Part shown: piece by piece, positions 1 to 12,057 of the stretch
Position numbering within the stretch: the first letter of the stretch is position 1
Layout of the letters: the number at the start of each line of letters is the position of its first letter
Assembly (NCBI GenBank): GCA_963748015.1
Contig: CAVVHE010000009.1
Span: 288,001 to 352,000, forward strand
DNA from: Terriglobia bacterium
GTDB taxonomy: Bacteria > Acidobacteriota > Polarisedimenticolia > Polarisedimenticolales > JAIQFR01
Direction: 5' to 3'
Length of the DNA: 64,000 nt
Position numbers and translations under genes: made by a program
Notes under the pieces: generated by a model
What the model was told of the DNA's origin: nothing
Databases searched by the model: none
Seen by the model: the letters and a program-made list of their open reading frames with translations, nothing else

Positions 1-103
1 GCTCGAACGGGGACGTCCCCTCGGCCCGCGCCACGCGCGCGCCGCAGGCGGCGGCGAGCGCCGCGACGAGCGCCATTCTCCGACCGGCTCGAGAGATTTC
101 CAC
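1..103 (-). CDS. 5' end of a probable exported protein running off the window
   Basis: GTG at 103 with an AGGAG RBS upstream and an Ala/Leu-rich signal-like N-terminus; lies directly downstream of the TonB gene. Confidence 0.4.
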   Translation of the reverse strand, partial: MEISRAGRRMALVAALAAACGARVARAEGTSPFE

Positions 104-121
104 GGTGCTTCTCCTCCCGGA

Positions 122-1238
122 TCAGTACGCCAGCTGAAAGACCACCCTCAGGGTGGCCGTGTGATCGACCGGCACGCCTTCCCTCGTGGCGGGCCGGAAC
201 GAGATCTTTCCGGCGGCCTCGATCGCCGCTTCGTCCAGCCCGTGGCCGAGCCCCTGCACGACGCGAAGCACGCGCAGGGCCCCCGCGGCGCCGAAGAGCA
301 CCTCGAGGACGACATCGCCTTCGACCCGGAGGCGGCGTCCCTCCTCGGTGTAGGCAGGCTTCGGCTTCGAGAGGATCTCGACGGGCTGGTCGGGGACTAG
401 AGCCTCCACCCGCCGCGGCCGCGGCGCGGCGGCGACGGGAACGGAATCTCCGAAGCCCGCGGGGCGGGTTTCGGAGCCGCCCGGCCGGACGCTTGCCGAA
501 GCCGCGCGCGCGGCCGGCGACGCCGTCGAATCCCGCGCGCACGACGGTCCCTTCCTGGCCCGCGCCGCGTCCGGAGCGTCCGCCCGCCGCAGGCCCCGAC
601 TCCGCGTCGAACGCTCCAACGCTCGCGCCGGCCAGGAGCGGAACGCCCCTCCCGCCGCGAGCCGAGGCATCCATGAGCGAGTCGAAGGCGCCCGGCCTCA
701 TTTCCCGTTCCGGGGTGTCGGAGGGCTCCCTCGCCGGAGCCTGCGCGTCGAAGGCGCCGGTGCGGACGACGGGCTTCGGGAGCTCCGGAGCCTCGATCTT
801 CTCGGGAGGCGCTTCGGGAACCCGCTCCACCACGGGCTCGGGACGCGGCGGCGCGGGGACCGCCTCTCGCGTCTCCGGCCGGCTCGGCGCGGGGGGCGGG
901 GGCGGGGGCAAGCGGAGCACGGCTTCGCTCGGAGCGATGCGCGGCGATTCCTTCACGTGCCGATCCGCGCTCGGGAGCCGCGGTGCCTCCGCGGCGCGCG
1001 GCCGGTAGAAGTCGATGACGATGCGCTCGGGCAGGGGAGGGGCGGCACCCGCCGCGTAGAGGCCGATCCCGGCGAGCGAGGCCACGACCAGCGCGTGGAC
1101 GGCCAGGCTCGCCGCCATCCTCCGGCCTCCGAGGCGCTCCTCGCCGAGGATGGGTGCGCGGAATTCGAACCGCCTCGCGACGTGGCGGCGCGGCGCGACG
1201 AGAACCCGCGGTGCAGCGGGCGGGAGCTCCGCGGTCAC
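122..1238 (-). CDS. TonB-family energy transducer (frameshift near ~500, start approximate)
   Basis: TonB_C domain (PKPAYTEEGRRLRVEGDVVLEVLF...LGHGLDEAAIEAA...FRPA) in ORF 122..670; the TM anchor (SLAVHALVVASLAG) and Pro-rich linker lie upstream in another frame. Confidence 0.8.
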
Positions 1239-1765
1239 CGCGATTCCGTTCTTGTCGGTCGGCGACTGCAATTCCGTAATCAACTGCGACCCTCCGGGAA
1301 GCGCGTGCCCGGATGCAAAAGACCCGAATGCCTGCCCGCTGGAGTGAGTTCCGAGGTGTCTGCCGATGCGGACGCGCTAAAAACTGCAAAAGAGAGGCCA
1401 GTAGTCGTTTGAAGCCGCGTGGCGGGCCGGGATCGAGGGGCGAGCGCGTCGGGGAAACCTGCGTTCCGGGACAGGAGCCCGCGGGAGAGGTCCAGCGGTC
1501 TCAGTGAGTTGTGTGCGCGCGTCGCAAAGTGTAACGGCGGCCGGCGAGGCGGGTCACGGGTCACACCGAGGCGTTTCGCAACGCTCGTCACGAGGCTTCG
1601 CAGTCCGCATATGCGTCGATTGCGAGGGGCGAGCGATTGGAACTAGGTCTGCACTTACGAGTCGAGATTCTTACCCAGTCACCTCGCGGGACACCCGGAT
1701 TCCGAGGTGCCTTACGAGCAGCAAGGTGGCGCAGCGCAACGAAAATCTGACTATTCCCGTCCTAA

Positions 1766-1780
1766 TGGCACCTTTCTTGC
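1766..1780 (+). promoter_or_regulatory. sigma54 (-24/-12) promoter
   Basis: TGGCAC-CTTTC-TTGC with correct GG/GC spacing, ~75 nt upstream of the cytochrome b start. Confidence 0.7.
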
Positions 1781-1854
1781 CAAGCAAGAGGTGCCCCCTC
1801 GCTCCTGGAGTTCTCCACCGTTGACATCCGGGGGGTAGACGGAAGGAGATCGAG

Positions 1855-2859
1855 GTGGCTGAAGTTCCGTCCGCCGCGCCGGAGGTCATCCTCCGGTTCC
1901 GCAGGTCCGAGCGGCTGCTTCACTGGGCGATCGCGGCCCCGTTCACGGTCTGCTATCTCACGGCCGTCGTCCTGCTCGTGATCTACAACCCGAACCCGCG
2001 CCTCCCGTACCGGTCGCTGTTTTCGTGGACGCACCGCATCTCGGGCGTCTGCCTGATCGCGTTCCCCGCGCTCGTCGCGCTCACGCACATTCGCGACGCG
2101 CGCGTCTACCTCGACAACGTGAGGCGCGCCTGGGCGTGGTCGCTTGCCGACGTGAAGTGGCTCGCCCTCACGGGGCCGGCGACGCTCAACAAGCGAATCT
2201 CGCTCCCCGACCAGGGGAAGTTCAACGCGGGCGAGAAGCTGAATTTCATGGCGCTTACCGCCACCTATCCCCTCTACATCGTCACCGGGATCCTGATCTG
2301 GATGCCCGGGATCGCGTTCGCGTCGTGGATCCTGCACGTTTCGATGGCCGCCGTCGCCACCCCGCTCGTCCTCGGGCACGTCTTCATGGCGACCGTCAAT
2401 CCCGACACGCGGCCGGGGCTCTCCGGGATGTTCTCGGGGTACGTGAGCCGGAAGTGGGCGGAGCACCACTATGCGCTCTGGTACCGCGAGCTCTACGGCC
2501 ACGAGGTCCGTCCGGCGCCGAAGGAGAGGAAGGATCGCGCTCCGCTACGCCCGCCGGTCGAGATTCGTTGCCCGTCGTGCGGGACGGTGAGCGGGCTGGT
2601 CTCCACCGCGTCCCTGGTCGAGGGGATCTTCGAGGAGGCTTCCCTCACGTGCCGGCAGTGCGGCACGGCGCCGGAGAGCATTTCGGCCGTGATCGAGGAC
2701 GGCGATCTGGACTTGGTCCTGGCTCGCCTCGCGCGGGGACGCGGCGGGACCTCCGTGGCGTGGCTGGCGGCCGGCGTGGACGACGACGATCTCGCCGCGC
2801 CGTCGGTTACCCCCGAGGGGACGTTCGACGTTCCGCAAGCGACGGGTGTGCCCGCGTGA
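1855..2859 (+). CDS. Cytochrome b (FdnI/formate dehydrogenase gamma-like) with a C-terminal Zn-ribbon-like extension
   Basis: RFRRSERLLHW, HRISG, QGKFNAGEKL, LHV, GHVFMA, WAEHHYALW; CPSC...CRQC in the tail; GGAG RBS. Confidence 0.8.
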   Translation: MAEVPSAAPEVILRFRRSERLLHWAIAAPFTVCYLTAVVLLVIYNPNPRLPYRSLFSWTHRISGVCLIAFPALVALTHIRDARVYLDNVRRAWAWSLADVKWLALTGPATLNKRISLPDQGKFNAGEKLNFMALTATYPLYIVTGILIWMPGIAFASWILHVSMAAVATPLVLGHVFMATVNPDTRPGLSGMFSGYVSRKWAEHHYALWYRELYGHEVRPAPKERKDRAPLRPPVEIRCPSCGTVSGLVSTASLVEGIFEEASLTCRQCGTAPESISAVIEDGDLDLVLARLARGRGGTSVAWLAAGVDDDDLAAPSVTPEGTFDVPQATGVPA

Positions 2860-4643
2860 GACGAGGGCCGCAATGGTTTCGCCTCGCGCTTCGCATCGCC
2901 GCCGCGGCGGCGGTCTGGGCCGTTTTCCCCGCGGTCCCGGCGGGAGTCTCGCCGGGACCGCTCGCTCGCGCGCACGAGAAGCTCGACGGCGTGACCCAGT
3001 GCACGAGCTGCCACCGTCCCGGGGGGAGCTCGATGCGCGAGGACTGCCTGGCCTGCCACCGCGAGATCTCCTGGCTGGCGGCGCAGGGGCGCGGGCTCCA
3101 TGCCCGTGAGCGGCGGCGCGAGTGCGCCGAGTGCCACGCCGAGCACTCGGGGCGCGATGCCTCCCTGATTCGCTTCGAGGAGGGGACGCAGGAGCGCTTC
3201 GACCACGCCAGGACGGGCTGGCCCGTCGAGGGCAAGCACGCGAAGGCCAAGTGCCGCGATTGCCACAAGCCCGCTCTCCAGCGCTCGGAAGCGATCCGTA
3301 TCTCGAAGCGCGAGGACCGCGCGGAGAGCTTCCTCGGGCTCGAGCGCGAGTGCGCCTCCTGCCACGAGGACAAGCACCGGAACTCTCCGGGAAAAGCGTG
3401 CGCGCGCTGTCACGCCCCCGAAGGTTGGAAGCCCGCGCTCGCCTTCGACCACGGGAAGACCCGCTATCCGCTCACCGGAAGCCACGGCCGCGTCGCGTGC
3501 TTCAAGTGCCATCGCGAGCCGGGCGCCGCGATTCCCGTAGCGCTCGGCGCGACGGCGGTCCCGCTGTTCGGCCCCGTGTCCCACGACGACTGCGCCGCAT
3601 GCCACGCGGACCCGCACGCGGGACGCCTCGACGGCCTCTGCGCCCGCTGCCACAACACGGACGGATTCCGCCGCGTGGATCGCAAGGCGTTCGACCACGA
3701 GCGCACGCGCTACCCGCTCCGGGGCCGGCACGCCACCGTGGACTGCGCGCGCTGCCACGATCCGCAGGCCGCTCCTGGCGCGAAGCCGCAGTTCGCCGCC
3801 TGCGCTTCCTGTCACCGGGATCCGCACGGCGGCAAGGCGACGCTCGCGGGGGCGAAGGCGGACTGCGCCGCTTGCCACGCCGTGGACGGCTTCCGGCCGT
3901 CCACGTTCACCGTGGCGCGGCACGAGGCGTCCGCGTTCCCGCTGCTGGGCCGGCACGCCCAGGCGAAGTGCGAGGGGTGCCACACGAAAGACCCCGCGAG
4001 GAACGCCGAGGCGAGCCGGCTTCTCGACGCCGGCGTGCTCCTGCGGCCGCCCCGCGACCGCTGCGGCTCGTGCCACGCGGACCCGCACGGGGGACAGCTC
4101 GCGAGCCGCGCCGACCGGGGAGAGTGCGGCGCCTGCCACCGGACGGAAGGGTGGAAGCCCAGCACCTTCACCGCCAAGGAGCACGCGAGTCTCCGCGTGG
4201 ATCTCTCGGGGAAGCACGCCACCCTGCAGTGCGCCGCCTGCCACGCTCCCGACAGGAAGGGGCTGCCGCCCCCGATGCCGGCGGAGGCGATGGGCACGGC
4301 CAAGGTCGCGCTGGCCCTCGGAGCGGCTGCCTGCGCGTCGTGCCACGCGAGCCCGCACGGCACCCAGTTCGCGTCCCGGGGCGACGGCGGAGCCTGCGGC
4401 GGCTGCCACGACAGCTACGCGTTCCGTCCCGCCAGCCGGTTCAGCCACAACCGGGACACGCGCTTCCCTCTCCTCCGCTCGCACGCGAGCGTGGCCTGCG
4501 CGCGGTGCCACGTGCAGAAGCCCGACGGGAACGGGAAGCTCCTCGCGGTCTACCGGCCGCTCTCGAGCGCCTGCAAGGACTGCCACCTGGCGCTGAAGGT
4601 GGTGCCTCGCTCCGAGGGCTCCGTGGCCCAGCTCGGTTCGTAA
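2856..4643 (+). CDS. Periplasmic multiheme cytochrome c with 20 CXXCH motifs
   Basis: GTGA overlap with the upstream stop; signal peptide; SPGPLARAH start; 20 CXXCH counted; repeated FDHxxTxFPLxGxH modules. Confidence 0.9.
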   Translation: MRRGPQWFRLALRIAAAAAVWAVFPAVPAGVSPGPLARAHEKLDGVTQCTSCHRPGGSSMREDCLACHREISWLAAQGRGLHARERRRECAECHAEHSGRDASLIRFEEGTQERFDHARTGWPVEGKHAKAKCRDCHKPALQRSEAIRISKREDRAESFLGLERECASCHEDKHRNSPGKACARCHAPEGWKPALAFDHGKTRYPLTGSHGRVACFKCHREPGAAIPVALGATAVPLFGPVSHDDCAACHADPHAGRLDGLCARCHNTDGFRRVDRKAFDHERTRYPLRGRHATVDCARCHDPQAAPGAKPQFAACASCHRDPHGGKATLAGAKADCAACHAVDGFRPSTFTVARHEASAFPLLGRHAQAKCEGCHTKDPARNAEASRLLDAGVLLRPPRDRCGSCHADPHGGQLASRADRGECGACHRTEGWKPSTFTAKEHASLRVDLSGKHATLQCAACHAPDRKGLPPPMPAEAMGTAKVALALGAAACASCHASPHGTQFASRGDGGACGGCHDSYAFRPASRFSHNRDTRFPLLRSHASVACARCHVQKPDGNGKLLAVYRPLSSACKDCHLALKVVPRSEGSVAQLGS

Positions 4644-4869
4644 AACCGCACCCGGCTTCAATTTCCGAGCCTCGCTGCGGCTGCCTCGCCCCGAGGCGGG
4701 ACCGTCCTCGCCAGCCCGAAAAAGGGCTGTCTACGGACAGCCCCGCCTCGGGGCGAGGCAGCCGCGGGGTGCTGCGAGGTTGAAGTCAGGAGCGGATTTC
4801 CGAGTCGGGTCCAGGTTAAGATAGGCGAATCATGGCTTCGTTTCGCATGCACCAAGGAGGGACCGCGAG

Positions 4870-6837
4870 ATGATCGTCGGCGTCGTCGGCTCGGGCTCCA
4901 TCGGCCCTGACCTCGCGTACGGGTTCGTCACCGCGCTGGCGGGGGTCGAGGGGGGGAAGGTCTACCTCCTCGACATCAAGCAGGAGGCCCTCGACGCGGG
5001 CCTGAAGCGGATCCGGGGGTACGTCGAGAAGGGGGTCTCGCGGGGCAAGCTGAGCCCGAAGGCCGCCAAGGCGATCGAGGCGGCGCTGGTGCCGACGCGC
5101 GAGATGCGGGACCTCGCGGGCTGCGACTACGTCCTCGAGGCCGCGACCGAGGATCTCGCGATCAAGCAGGTGATCCTGAAGAGCCTCGAGGAGATCGTTC
5201 GCGAGGACTGCCTCATCGGCTTCGCCACGTCGGGGATCCCCCGCGCGCGGATCGCCGCCGGGGCGCGCCATCCCGGGCGCTGCTTCGTGAACCACCCGTT
5301 CTACCCGGCGTGGAGGGCGCTGCCCATCGAGGTGGTCCTCTCCGGCGACGAGGCCTTCGGCACCCGGATGATCGGGACGCTCAAGGCGCTCGGCAAGGTG
5401 CCGATCGTCACCGCCGACGTGCCGTGCTTCGCGGCCGACGACATCTTCTGCAACTACTGCGGCGAGGCGGCTCGGATCGCGGAGGAAGGGTTCGCGACAC
5501 CGGCGCAGGTGGACAAGGTCGTCAACGACGCGATCGGGGGCGGCGGCCCCTTCCTCGTCATGGACCTGACTCGCGGCAATCTCCTTAACGTGCATTGCAT
5601 GGAGCTGATGCGCGAGGATCCCAAGGGTGGCGAATGGTTCGCGCCCCCGCCGATCTTCGCGAAGCAGGGGCTGACGCCGTGGCACGATCGGAACAAGCCG
5701 GGAGATCCTAGTATCGACCCCGCGCGAGCGAAGGAAGTGCTCGACCGGATCCTGGCGGTGCTCCTCGGCCGGACGCTCGCCGTGGCGGACGACAGCACCT
5801 GCGACCCGCGGGAGCTGAACTGGCTGACGAAGAACGCGCTGGGCTTCCGCGCGGGCCTGCTCGACCTCGCCCAAGGGCTCGGCGCGGATCGCGTGCACGA
5901 CCTCTGCGCTGCCTACGCCGAGAGGCACGAGGGCTTCCCGGTCCCGCCGAGCGTCGCCGCGAGGAAGCTCCCGTCCTTCCTGGGAAACGTCTCGGTCACC
6001 CGCGACGGGGAGATCGCGGTGGTCGCGGTCTGCCGCCCCGAGGTGAAGAACGCCCTCGACGGGAGGACCATGACCGAGCTGCGCGACGTCTTCGCCGGGC
6101 TCGCCGCGGACGGCGCCGTTCGCGGCGTCGTGCTCACGAGCTTCGACGGCGCGCTCGCGGGGGCGGACATCACGGAGCTCGCGGTCCTCAAGACCCCGGA
6201 GGAAGCGCGGCTCAAGAGCATCGGCGGCCACGCGGTCCTCGCGGTGATCGAGGGGATGAAGAAGCCGGTCGTGGCGGCGGTGGACGGCCCCGTGCTCGGC
6301 GGTGGGGCCGAGCTGTCGATGGCCTGCCACGCCCGCGTCGTCGGGCCGAAGCTGATGCTCGGGCAGCCGGAGGTGAATCTCGGAATCATTCCTGGATACG
6401 GCGGAACCCAGCGGCTGCCGCGGCTGATCGGCGTCGAGCGGGCGCTCGACCTGCTCCGCTCCGGCCGGCCCGTGGGAGCGGCCGAGGCGTGCGCGTGGGG
6501 CTGGGCGGAGGGGAAACCCGAGCCGGACGTCGTCGGCGCGGCGAAGGATCTGGTTCGCCGGCACCTCGCGGGGAAGAAGAAGCTCGCGCCCGTGAGCCCG
6601 GCACCGCTCCCCGTCCCGGAGAAGCTCCCCGCGCTCGACCTCGGCCACCACTCCCTGGTCACCGACACCATACTCGTGAGCGTCGTGCGCGAGGGGCTCG
6701 CGAAGCCGCTCGCTCAGGGGCTCGAGGTCGAGGCGGCGGGGTTCGCTCGCTGCAAGCAGACGGTCGACTACGACATCGGCATGAAGAACTTCATCCAGAA
6801 CGGCCCAAGGGTTCCGGCGGTCTTCCTGAACGAGTAG
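4870..6837 (+). CDS. 3-hydroxyacyl-CoA dehydrogenase (N-terminal) / enoyl-CoA hydratase (C-terminal) fusion
   Basis: GVVGSGSIG Rossmann motif, LEAATEDLAIKQ; crotonase motifs AGADI, GGGAELSMAC, GQPEVNLGIIPGYGGTQRLPRLIG. Confidence 0.9.
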   Translation: MIVGVVGSGSIGPDLAYGFVTALAGVEGGKVYLLDIKQEALDAGLKRIRGYVEKGVSRGKLSPKAAKAIEAALVPTREMRDLAGCDYVLEAATEDLAIKQVILKSLEEIVREDCLIGFATSGIPRARIAAGARHPGRCFVNHPFYPAWRALPIEVVLSGDEAFGTRMIGTLKALGKVPIVTADVPCFAADDIFCNYCGEAARIAEEGFATPAQVDKVVNDAIGGGGPFLVMDLTRGNLLNVHCMELMREDPKGGEWFAPPPIFAKQGLTPWHDRNKPGDPSIDPARAKEVLDRILAVLLGRTLAVADDSTCDPRELNWLTKNALGFRAGLLDLAQGLGADRVHDLCAAYAERHEGFPVPPSVAARKLPSFLGNVSVTRDGEIAVVAVCRPEVKNALDGRTMTELRDVFAGLAADGAVRGVVLTSFDGALAGADITELAVLKTPEEARLKSIGGHAVLAVIEGMKKPVVAAVDGPVLGGGAELSMACHARVVGPKLMLGQPEVNLGIIPGYGGTQRLPRLIGVERALDLLRSGRPVGAAEACAWGWAEGKPEPDVVGAAKDLVRRHLAGKKKLAPVSPAPLPVPEKLPALDLGHHSLVTDTILVSVVREGLAKPLAQGLEVEAAGFARCKQTVDYDIGMKNFIQNGPRVPAVFLNE

Positions 6838-6847
6838 CGGGGGAAAC

Positions 6848-8130
<1,283 letters not shown>

Positions 8131-8227
8131 CCCGGGGTTTCAGGGGAATTGGAACCCCGCCAGGAGAACCCGATTCCTCGCGCTTCGGATCGCGCCCTCA
8201 GGGGTTGGGGCGTAACCGCAGGACCGG

Positions 8228-9565
8228 TTAGGGCGGGTCGTTCGCCTGCAAATTCCGGATCAGGTAATAGCGGCTGGCGGCGTTACCCAACTCTCCCGCG
8301 TCGGTGAACTTCAATCCCGGAAAGCCGGCATCCGGATTGAGCGTCGCGGTGTTGGCCGACGCGAAGGTCGGGTCACCGTTGCCGCTCCGCACCACTTTGT
8401 ATTCTCCGCTGCCGCCGGTCCAGGCCACCAGCACGTGTCCTCGCGCCTTGTCCTTGTCCACGGTCACGCCGATTCCCGTGCTGATGGAGAGCGTCCCCGT
8501 CGCGTCGGACCCGGGGTGGAACCGGCACCCGAACTGGTCCGAGGTCGAAGGCGGAAAAGTCCAGGAGTCATAGAAGCAGGTCGAGTTGCCGGTCGATACA
8601 TTGCCGGTCTCCCAGCCGCACGAGTCGGGGCTCGAGACCGAACAGGCCGTCTCGGTGCTGCAGCCCGGGCTCTTCGTGGCACTGTGGGCGATGTCTATAA
8701 CGTCCGCGATCCATTGGATGCACTCGTCCGGCTCGATGACCGGGGTCTTCGGGTCGAACACCAGCGCCGCGGTCATGTGGACCTGCAGCGTGCGGGGCGC
8801 CGCTCGGTTCCGGCAGCCGCCCGGAGTCGCACCGAGCGCGCAGTTGGCGGTCACACACCGCTCGTTCGTGGCGGTCACCGACGACGCCGTGAAGGTCCTC
8901 CATCCGTAGCTCGCCGGGGTCACCCCCCCTCCCCGGTCAGTGGGCCAGAATCCCATGCCGGGTTGTCCATCGATCCATGTCGAATCGGACGGGCCGGTGA
9001 GCACGAGCGATCCATTCCTGTAGACCTTGATGACGCTGCCGATGATCTCGGCCCGCAGCACATCGCCGTCGACCGCGGGTGCGATCGCGGTACCGGCAAG
9101 GGACGTGTAGTTTCCGGCCGGTCCGTTCCAGCGCACGATCGCGAGTTCGCCGTTCGCCCCCCCGCCCCCTCCCCACAGCACCTCGTAGCCGCGCGCTTCG
9201 TGCGCGCTGATCTTGAAGCGGAGCAGAAGCTCGATCTCGTGCTTCTCGGTTGGGGCGTAGCCTGCCGCGCGGTACACGGTCCCCTGCGCGTACTGGTCGG
9301 ACGCGAAGGTGGCGTTCAGGACCGCGATGTCGTCGTCGTAGCCGCCGACGAGCGCCGCTCCGAAGGCTCTGCCGGGTATCGTCTGCACGTTGTTCCAGTC
9401 GAGTCCAACCGCCTCGCCGTTGATCCAATTCCCGCTTTCGGAAATGGGATCCTCCGTGAGCGGGAAACCGGTGCTATACGATGCCGCATGGGCGACATCC
9501 CAGCTCAACATCGCCGTGAAATATGTGACGATGACGAACAACAACGGCCCTGTCCGATTCGTCAT
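8228..9565 (-). CDS. Secreted hypothetical protein (beta-rich domain, Cys-rich linker, cupredoxin-like segment)
   Basis: Signal peptide ending AHA; GGAG RBS; Cys-rich middle; C-terminal RYYLIR module; box promoter upstream. Confidence 0.65.
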   Translation of the reverse strand: MTNRTGPLLFVIVTYFTAMLSWDVAHAASYSTGFPLTEDPISESGNWINGEAVGLDWNNVQTIPGRAFGAALVGGYDDDIAVLNATFASDQYAQGTVYRAAGYAPTEKHEIELLLRFKISAHEARGYEVLWGGGGGANGELAIVRWNGPAGNYTSLAGTAIAPAVDGDVLRAEIIGSVIKVYRNGSLVLTGPSDSTWIDGQPGMGFWPTDRGGGVTPASYGWRTFTASSVTATNERCVTANCALGATPGGCRNRAAPRTLQVHMTAALVFDPKTPVIEPDECIQWIADVIDIAHSATKSPGCSTETACSVSSPDSCGWETGNVSTGNSTCFYDSWTFPPSTSDQFGCRFHPGSDATGTLSISTGIGVTVDKDKARGHVLVAWTGGSGEYKVVRSGNGDPTFASANTATLNPDAGFPGLKFTDAGELGNAASRYYLIRNLQANDPP

Positions 9566-9668
9566 GCGGCAGCTCCCTTTCCCAAGAAGGAATCATCCCT
9601 GATCGCGATCGTTCTTCCGCTGCTGTGCTCATCACGGGCAGATCATCCGCGCATCCGCGTGGCGTGAG

Positions 9669-9688
9669 CTATGGGGTGTAACCCCACC
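9669..9688 (-). promoter_or_regulatory. Island operator box 1
   Basis: ggtggggttacaccccatag on the minus strand; GATGAT -10-like hexamer 23 nt after CCAT. Confidence 0.7.
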
Positions 9689-9788
9689 TCGGACGGTGGG
9701 GAGGCTCGATCCCTCGGCCGTATGGAGCGAGCGTGGGGCGCGTGCGACGTTATTCAGGGGACCGGAGCGGGGCACCGGGGAGGACGCC

Positions 9789-11906
9789 TCAGAAGATCGT
9801 GCCCGCCGCGTCGAACGTGTTCCGGAGTCGTCGATACGACGGAATTCGACCCGGATCCCCGAGAAAGCCGGTGAAGACGGTCGTGGGCCGCGGGGATTCC
9901 TTCCGCCGCGCGTAAGGCGTGATCGCGATTCGATAGTTCACGAACAGATCCTCGGCGCCGTAGGTTCGAACGATCGCCTCGAGCGCATCGCCCCGTCGGC
10001 GGATTGTCCTCATGATCTGCTTCTGCCACTCGGTGATTCTCTCCTTTCGCTCCTTCCCGCCCTTGCCCCGGAGCATCAGTTGCTCGTGGAATCGAGGGCC
10101 CAGGATGATTCGCAGGTAGATGGAAAGCCTCTCGTCTTCCTTCGGTGCATGATCGAGATCGGGCAGCTCACCCCGAACCACCTTCGGCCCAGCCGGCGAG
10201 TCCGTGCCGATCCGCTGCGGGAACTTCTCCGCCAGCGCCCGCGTGATGAACCGCAGGACCTGCGCCCGGTAGGCCTGGCCCTCGCGACGATGAGCGCGCG
10301 CGTCCTCGACTTCCAGCGAGACTTCCGTGAACAGCTCTTCGCCTTGCCCGTCCTGTACGGTGAGCATCTGGATGTCCTGGGTCTTCCGGGGGAAGAACAA
10401 CCAGCCGCGGTCCCAGCGCCGCTGCAGTGGATACGAGAAAATCACCGTGGCGGGTTGCTCCGAAGGCGCCGCCAGGGACTCCTCGGCGTACCAGTCCGAC
10501 GTGAGGTTGAGGCCGTAGAGGAACGCCCACAAGCCGAGACCCGACTCGCCGCGCGCCCGCGGAGCGAATCGGCTGATGGACTCGGTGTACGGAATGCCGG
10601 CCGGGTCCTTGCTCGCGGCCGCGAGGAGGCGCTCGAAGTTGGGAAGATGTTCCAGCTTCTCGAGCATGTTCGGCCCGATCTGGGCGCGACGGCCGACCGT
10701 CTTGAGGTTCGCGCCGAGCAGCGGGACATCGAAGAAACGAAACGGCGAGACGCCCGCCATGGCTGTTCGAAGAAATGCCGCCGTTTCGGGATTTCCGCGA
10801 AGATCGAGGGGCCCGGCTCGCAGTAGGAACCGAATGCCGCTCGATCGGCGCCAATGGGCCTCGGCGAGCCGCAGGGTCCTTCCCCGGGCGAGATCCGGAG
10901 TCCTCAGGTTCAGCGCGGTTTCGAGTCCTCTGGAAATCAAGCCGCCCACGGAAACGACCCACTCCCGGTCGCCGGACTTCTCGGTGCTCAAGGGCAAGCG
11001 CTCCAATCGGGTGAAGTACTCTCCCGACGCGAAGGGACCGGCACGGATGCCCAGCGGAAACGCTCCGAGGTTCGTCGAAACGTCGGCGCCGATGAAGAAC
11101 GTCGTCTCGTTCGACAAGGTGACCGCGGTCCCCGGAGCGAGCTGCTGTGCCTCCTCGGGCCGGTTGGGGCGATCCACGAACAGCCACCGCGACGGGGAAG
11201 CAAACAGCGCGTCTTCCCACGCCCCGTATCCGGTCCTGCGCACGACCACTTTCGTGGGCCGAGCCAGCGCGACGATCCTGAACCGCACGGCGGGCGTGAT
11301 TTCGGTCGCTTCGACCAGAGCGTAGGAGTCTGTCGCCGGATCGAACTCCACCGACCGTGAGAATCGCAGCCGAATCCCGGCCCGCCATGTCTCGTGCTCG
11401 ACCTGCCAGCCGGCGCTGACCGCCATCCGATCCAGCACGCCTCGCAGCTGCAGGCGCGGCGGTGGCGAAAGATCGGGAGCTTTCTCGGACGGGGTCGCGC
11501 TCGGGCCCTCGTCGGGGGAGGCAAGCGCGCTCAGTTCGCCTCGCGCTTCCGCGCGCGCGGCCCGCCGCGCGTGTATTTGGTGGACGCGCAGCTCGAACGC
11601 ACGCAGGGCCGCGAGCGTCTCTGCGCAGATCGGGGGGGTATCCGACGCTTCGCCCGCGAGCACGGCCGCCGAGGTCACGCAGGCGATGCATCCCGCGGCC
11701 ACGGCCCAAGCGACCGCGCGGAAGACGCTGACCCGCCCCACCCTCCGGATCATCGAGCGACCCCATCCCGAGGCACCGCGGCAATCATCACCGGAATGAA
11801 CCTCGTCGTCGGGGCCCGACACCGCAACGGCCTCGAAGGCGACACTGATCGCTAGCGTAATGCCGATCGCCGCGGCGGACAACTCGCGGGTCTCGCAGAA
11901 AACCAT
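9789..11906 (-). CDS. Large hypothetical exported protein (start uncertain)
   Basis: 705-aa ORF with globular composition and hydrophobic N-terminal segments; no family recognised. Confidence 0.55.
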   Translation of the reverse strand: MVFCETRELSAAAIGITLAISVAFEAVAVSGPDDEVHSGDDCRGASGWGRSMIRRVGRVSVFRAVAWAVAAGCIACVTSAAVLAGEASDTPPICAETLAALRAFELRVHQIHARRAARAEARGELSALASPDEGPSATPSEKAPDLSPPPRLQLRGVLDRMAVSAGWQVEHETWRAGIRLRFSRSVEFDPATDSYALVEATEITPAVRFRIVALARPTKVVVRRTGYGAWEDALFASPSRWLFVDRPNRPEEAQQLAPGTAVTLSNETTFFIGADVSTNLGAFPLGIRAGPFASGEYFTRLERLPLSTEKSGDREWVVSVGGLISRGLETALNLRTPDLARGRTLRLAEAHWRRSSGIRFLLRAGPLDLRGNPETAAFLRTAMAGVSPFRFFDVPLLGANLKTVGRRAQIGPNMLEKLEHLPNFERLLAAASKDPAGIPYTESISRFAPRARGESGLGLWAFLYGLNLTSDWYAEESLAAPSEQPATVIFSYPLQRRWDRGWLFFPRKTQDIQMLTVQDGQGEELFTEVSLEVEDARAHRREGQAYRAQVLRFITRALAEKFPQRIGTDSPAGPKVVRGELPDLDHAPKEDERLSIYLRIILGPRFHEQLMLRGKGGKERKERITEWQKQIMRTIRRRGDALEAIVRTYGAEDLFVNYRIAITPYARRKESPRPTTVFTGFLGDPGRIPSYRRLRNTFDAAGTIF

Positions 11907-11952
11907 CGCTACCCCGCGGAGGGCACCTTCAGGACCCGCCCCGTCGAGACGC

Positions 11953-11972
11953 AGTAGGGTTTCACCCCATGG
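11953..11972 (+). promoter_or_regulatory. Island operator box 2
   Basis: agtagggtttcaccccatgg; CACCAT 22 nt after CCAT. Confidence 0.8.
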
Positions 11973-12057
11973 AGAATTCGCGAGTCGCGGCGCACCATCG
12001 CAGAGCGATCCACCTGTCTCAAGTCATGTTCACGGGCCTTCTGTGGAAGGAGGCAAT

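Noticed and set aside
1240..1760. Riboswitch or ncRNA in the long TonB/cytochrome b intergenic region
   Set aside because: I could not match cobalamin, c-di-GMP or other aptamer consensus by eye; an Infernal/Rfam scan would decide
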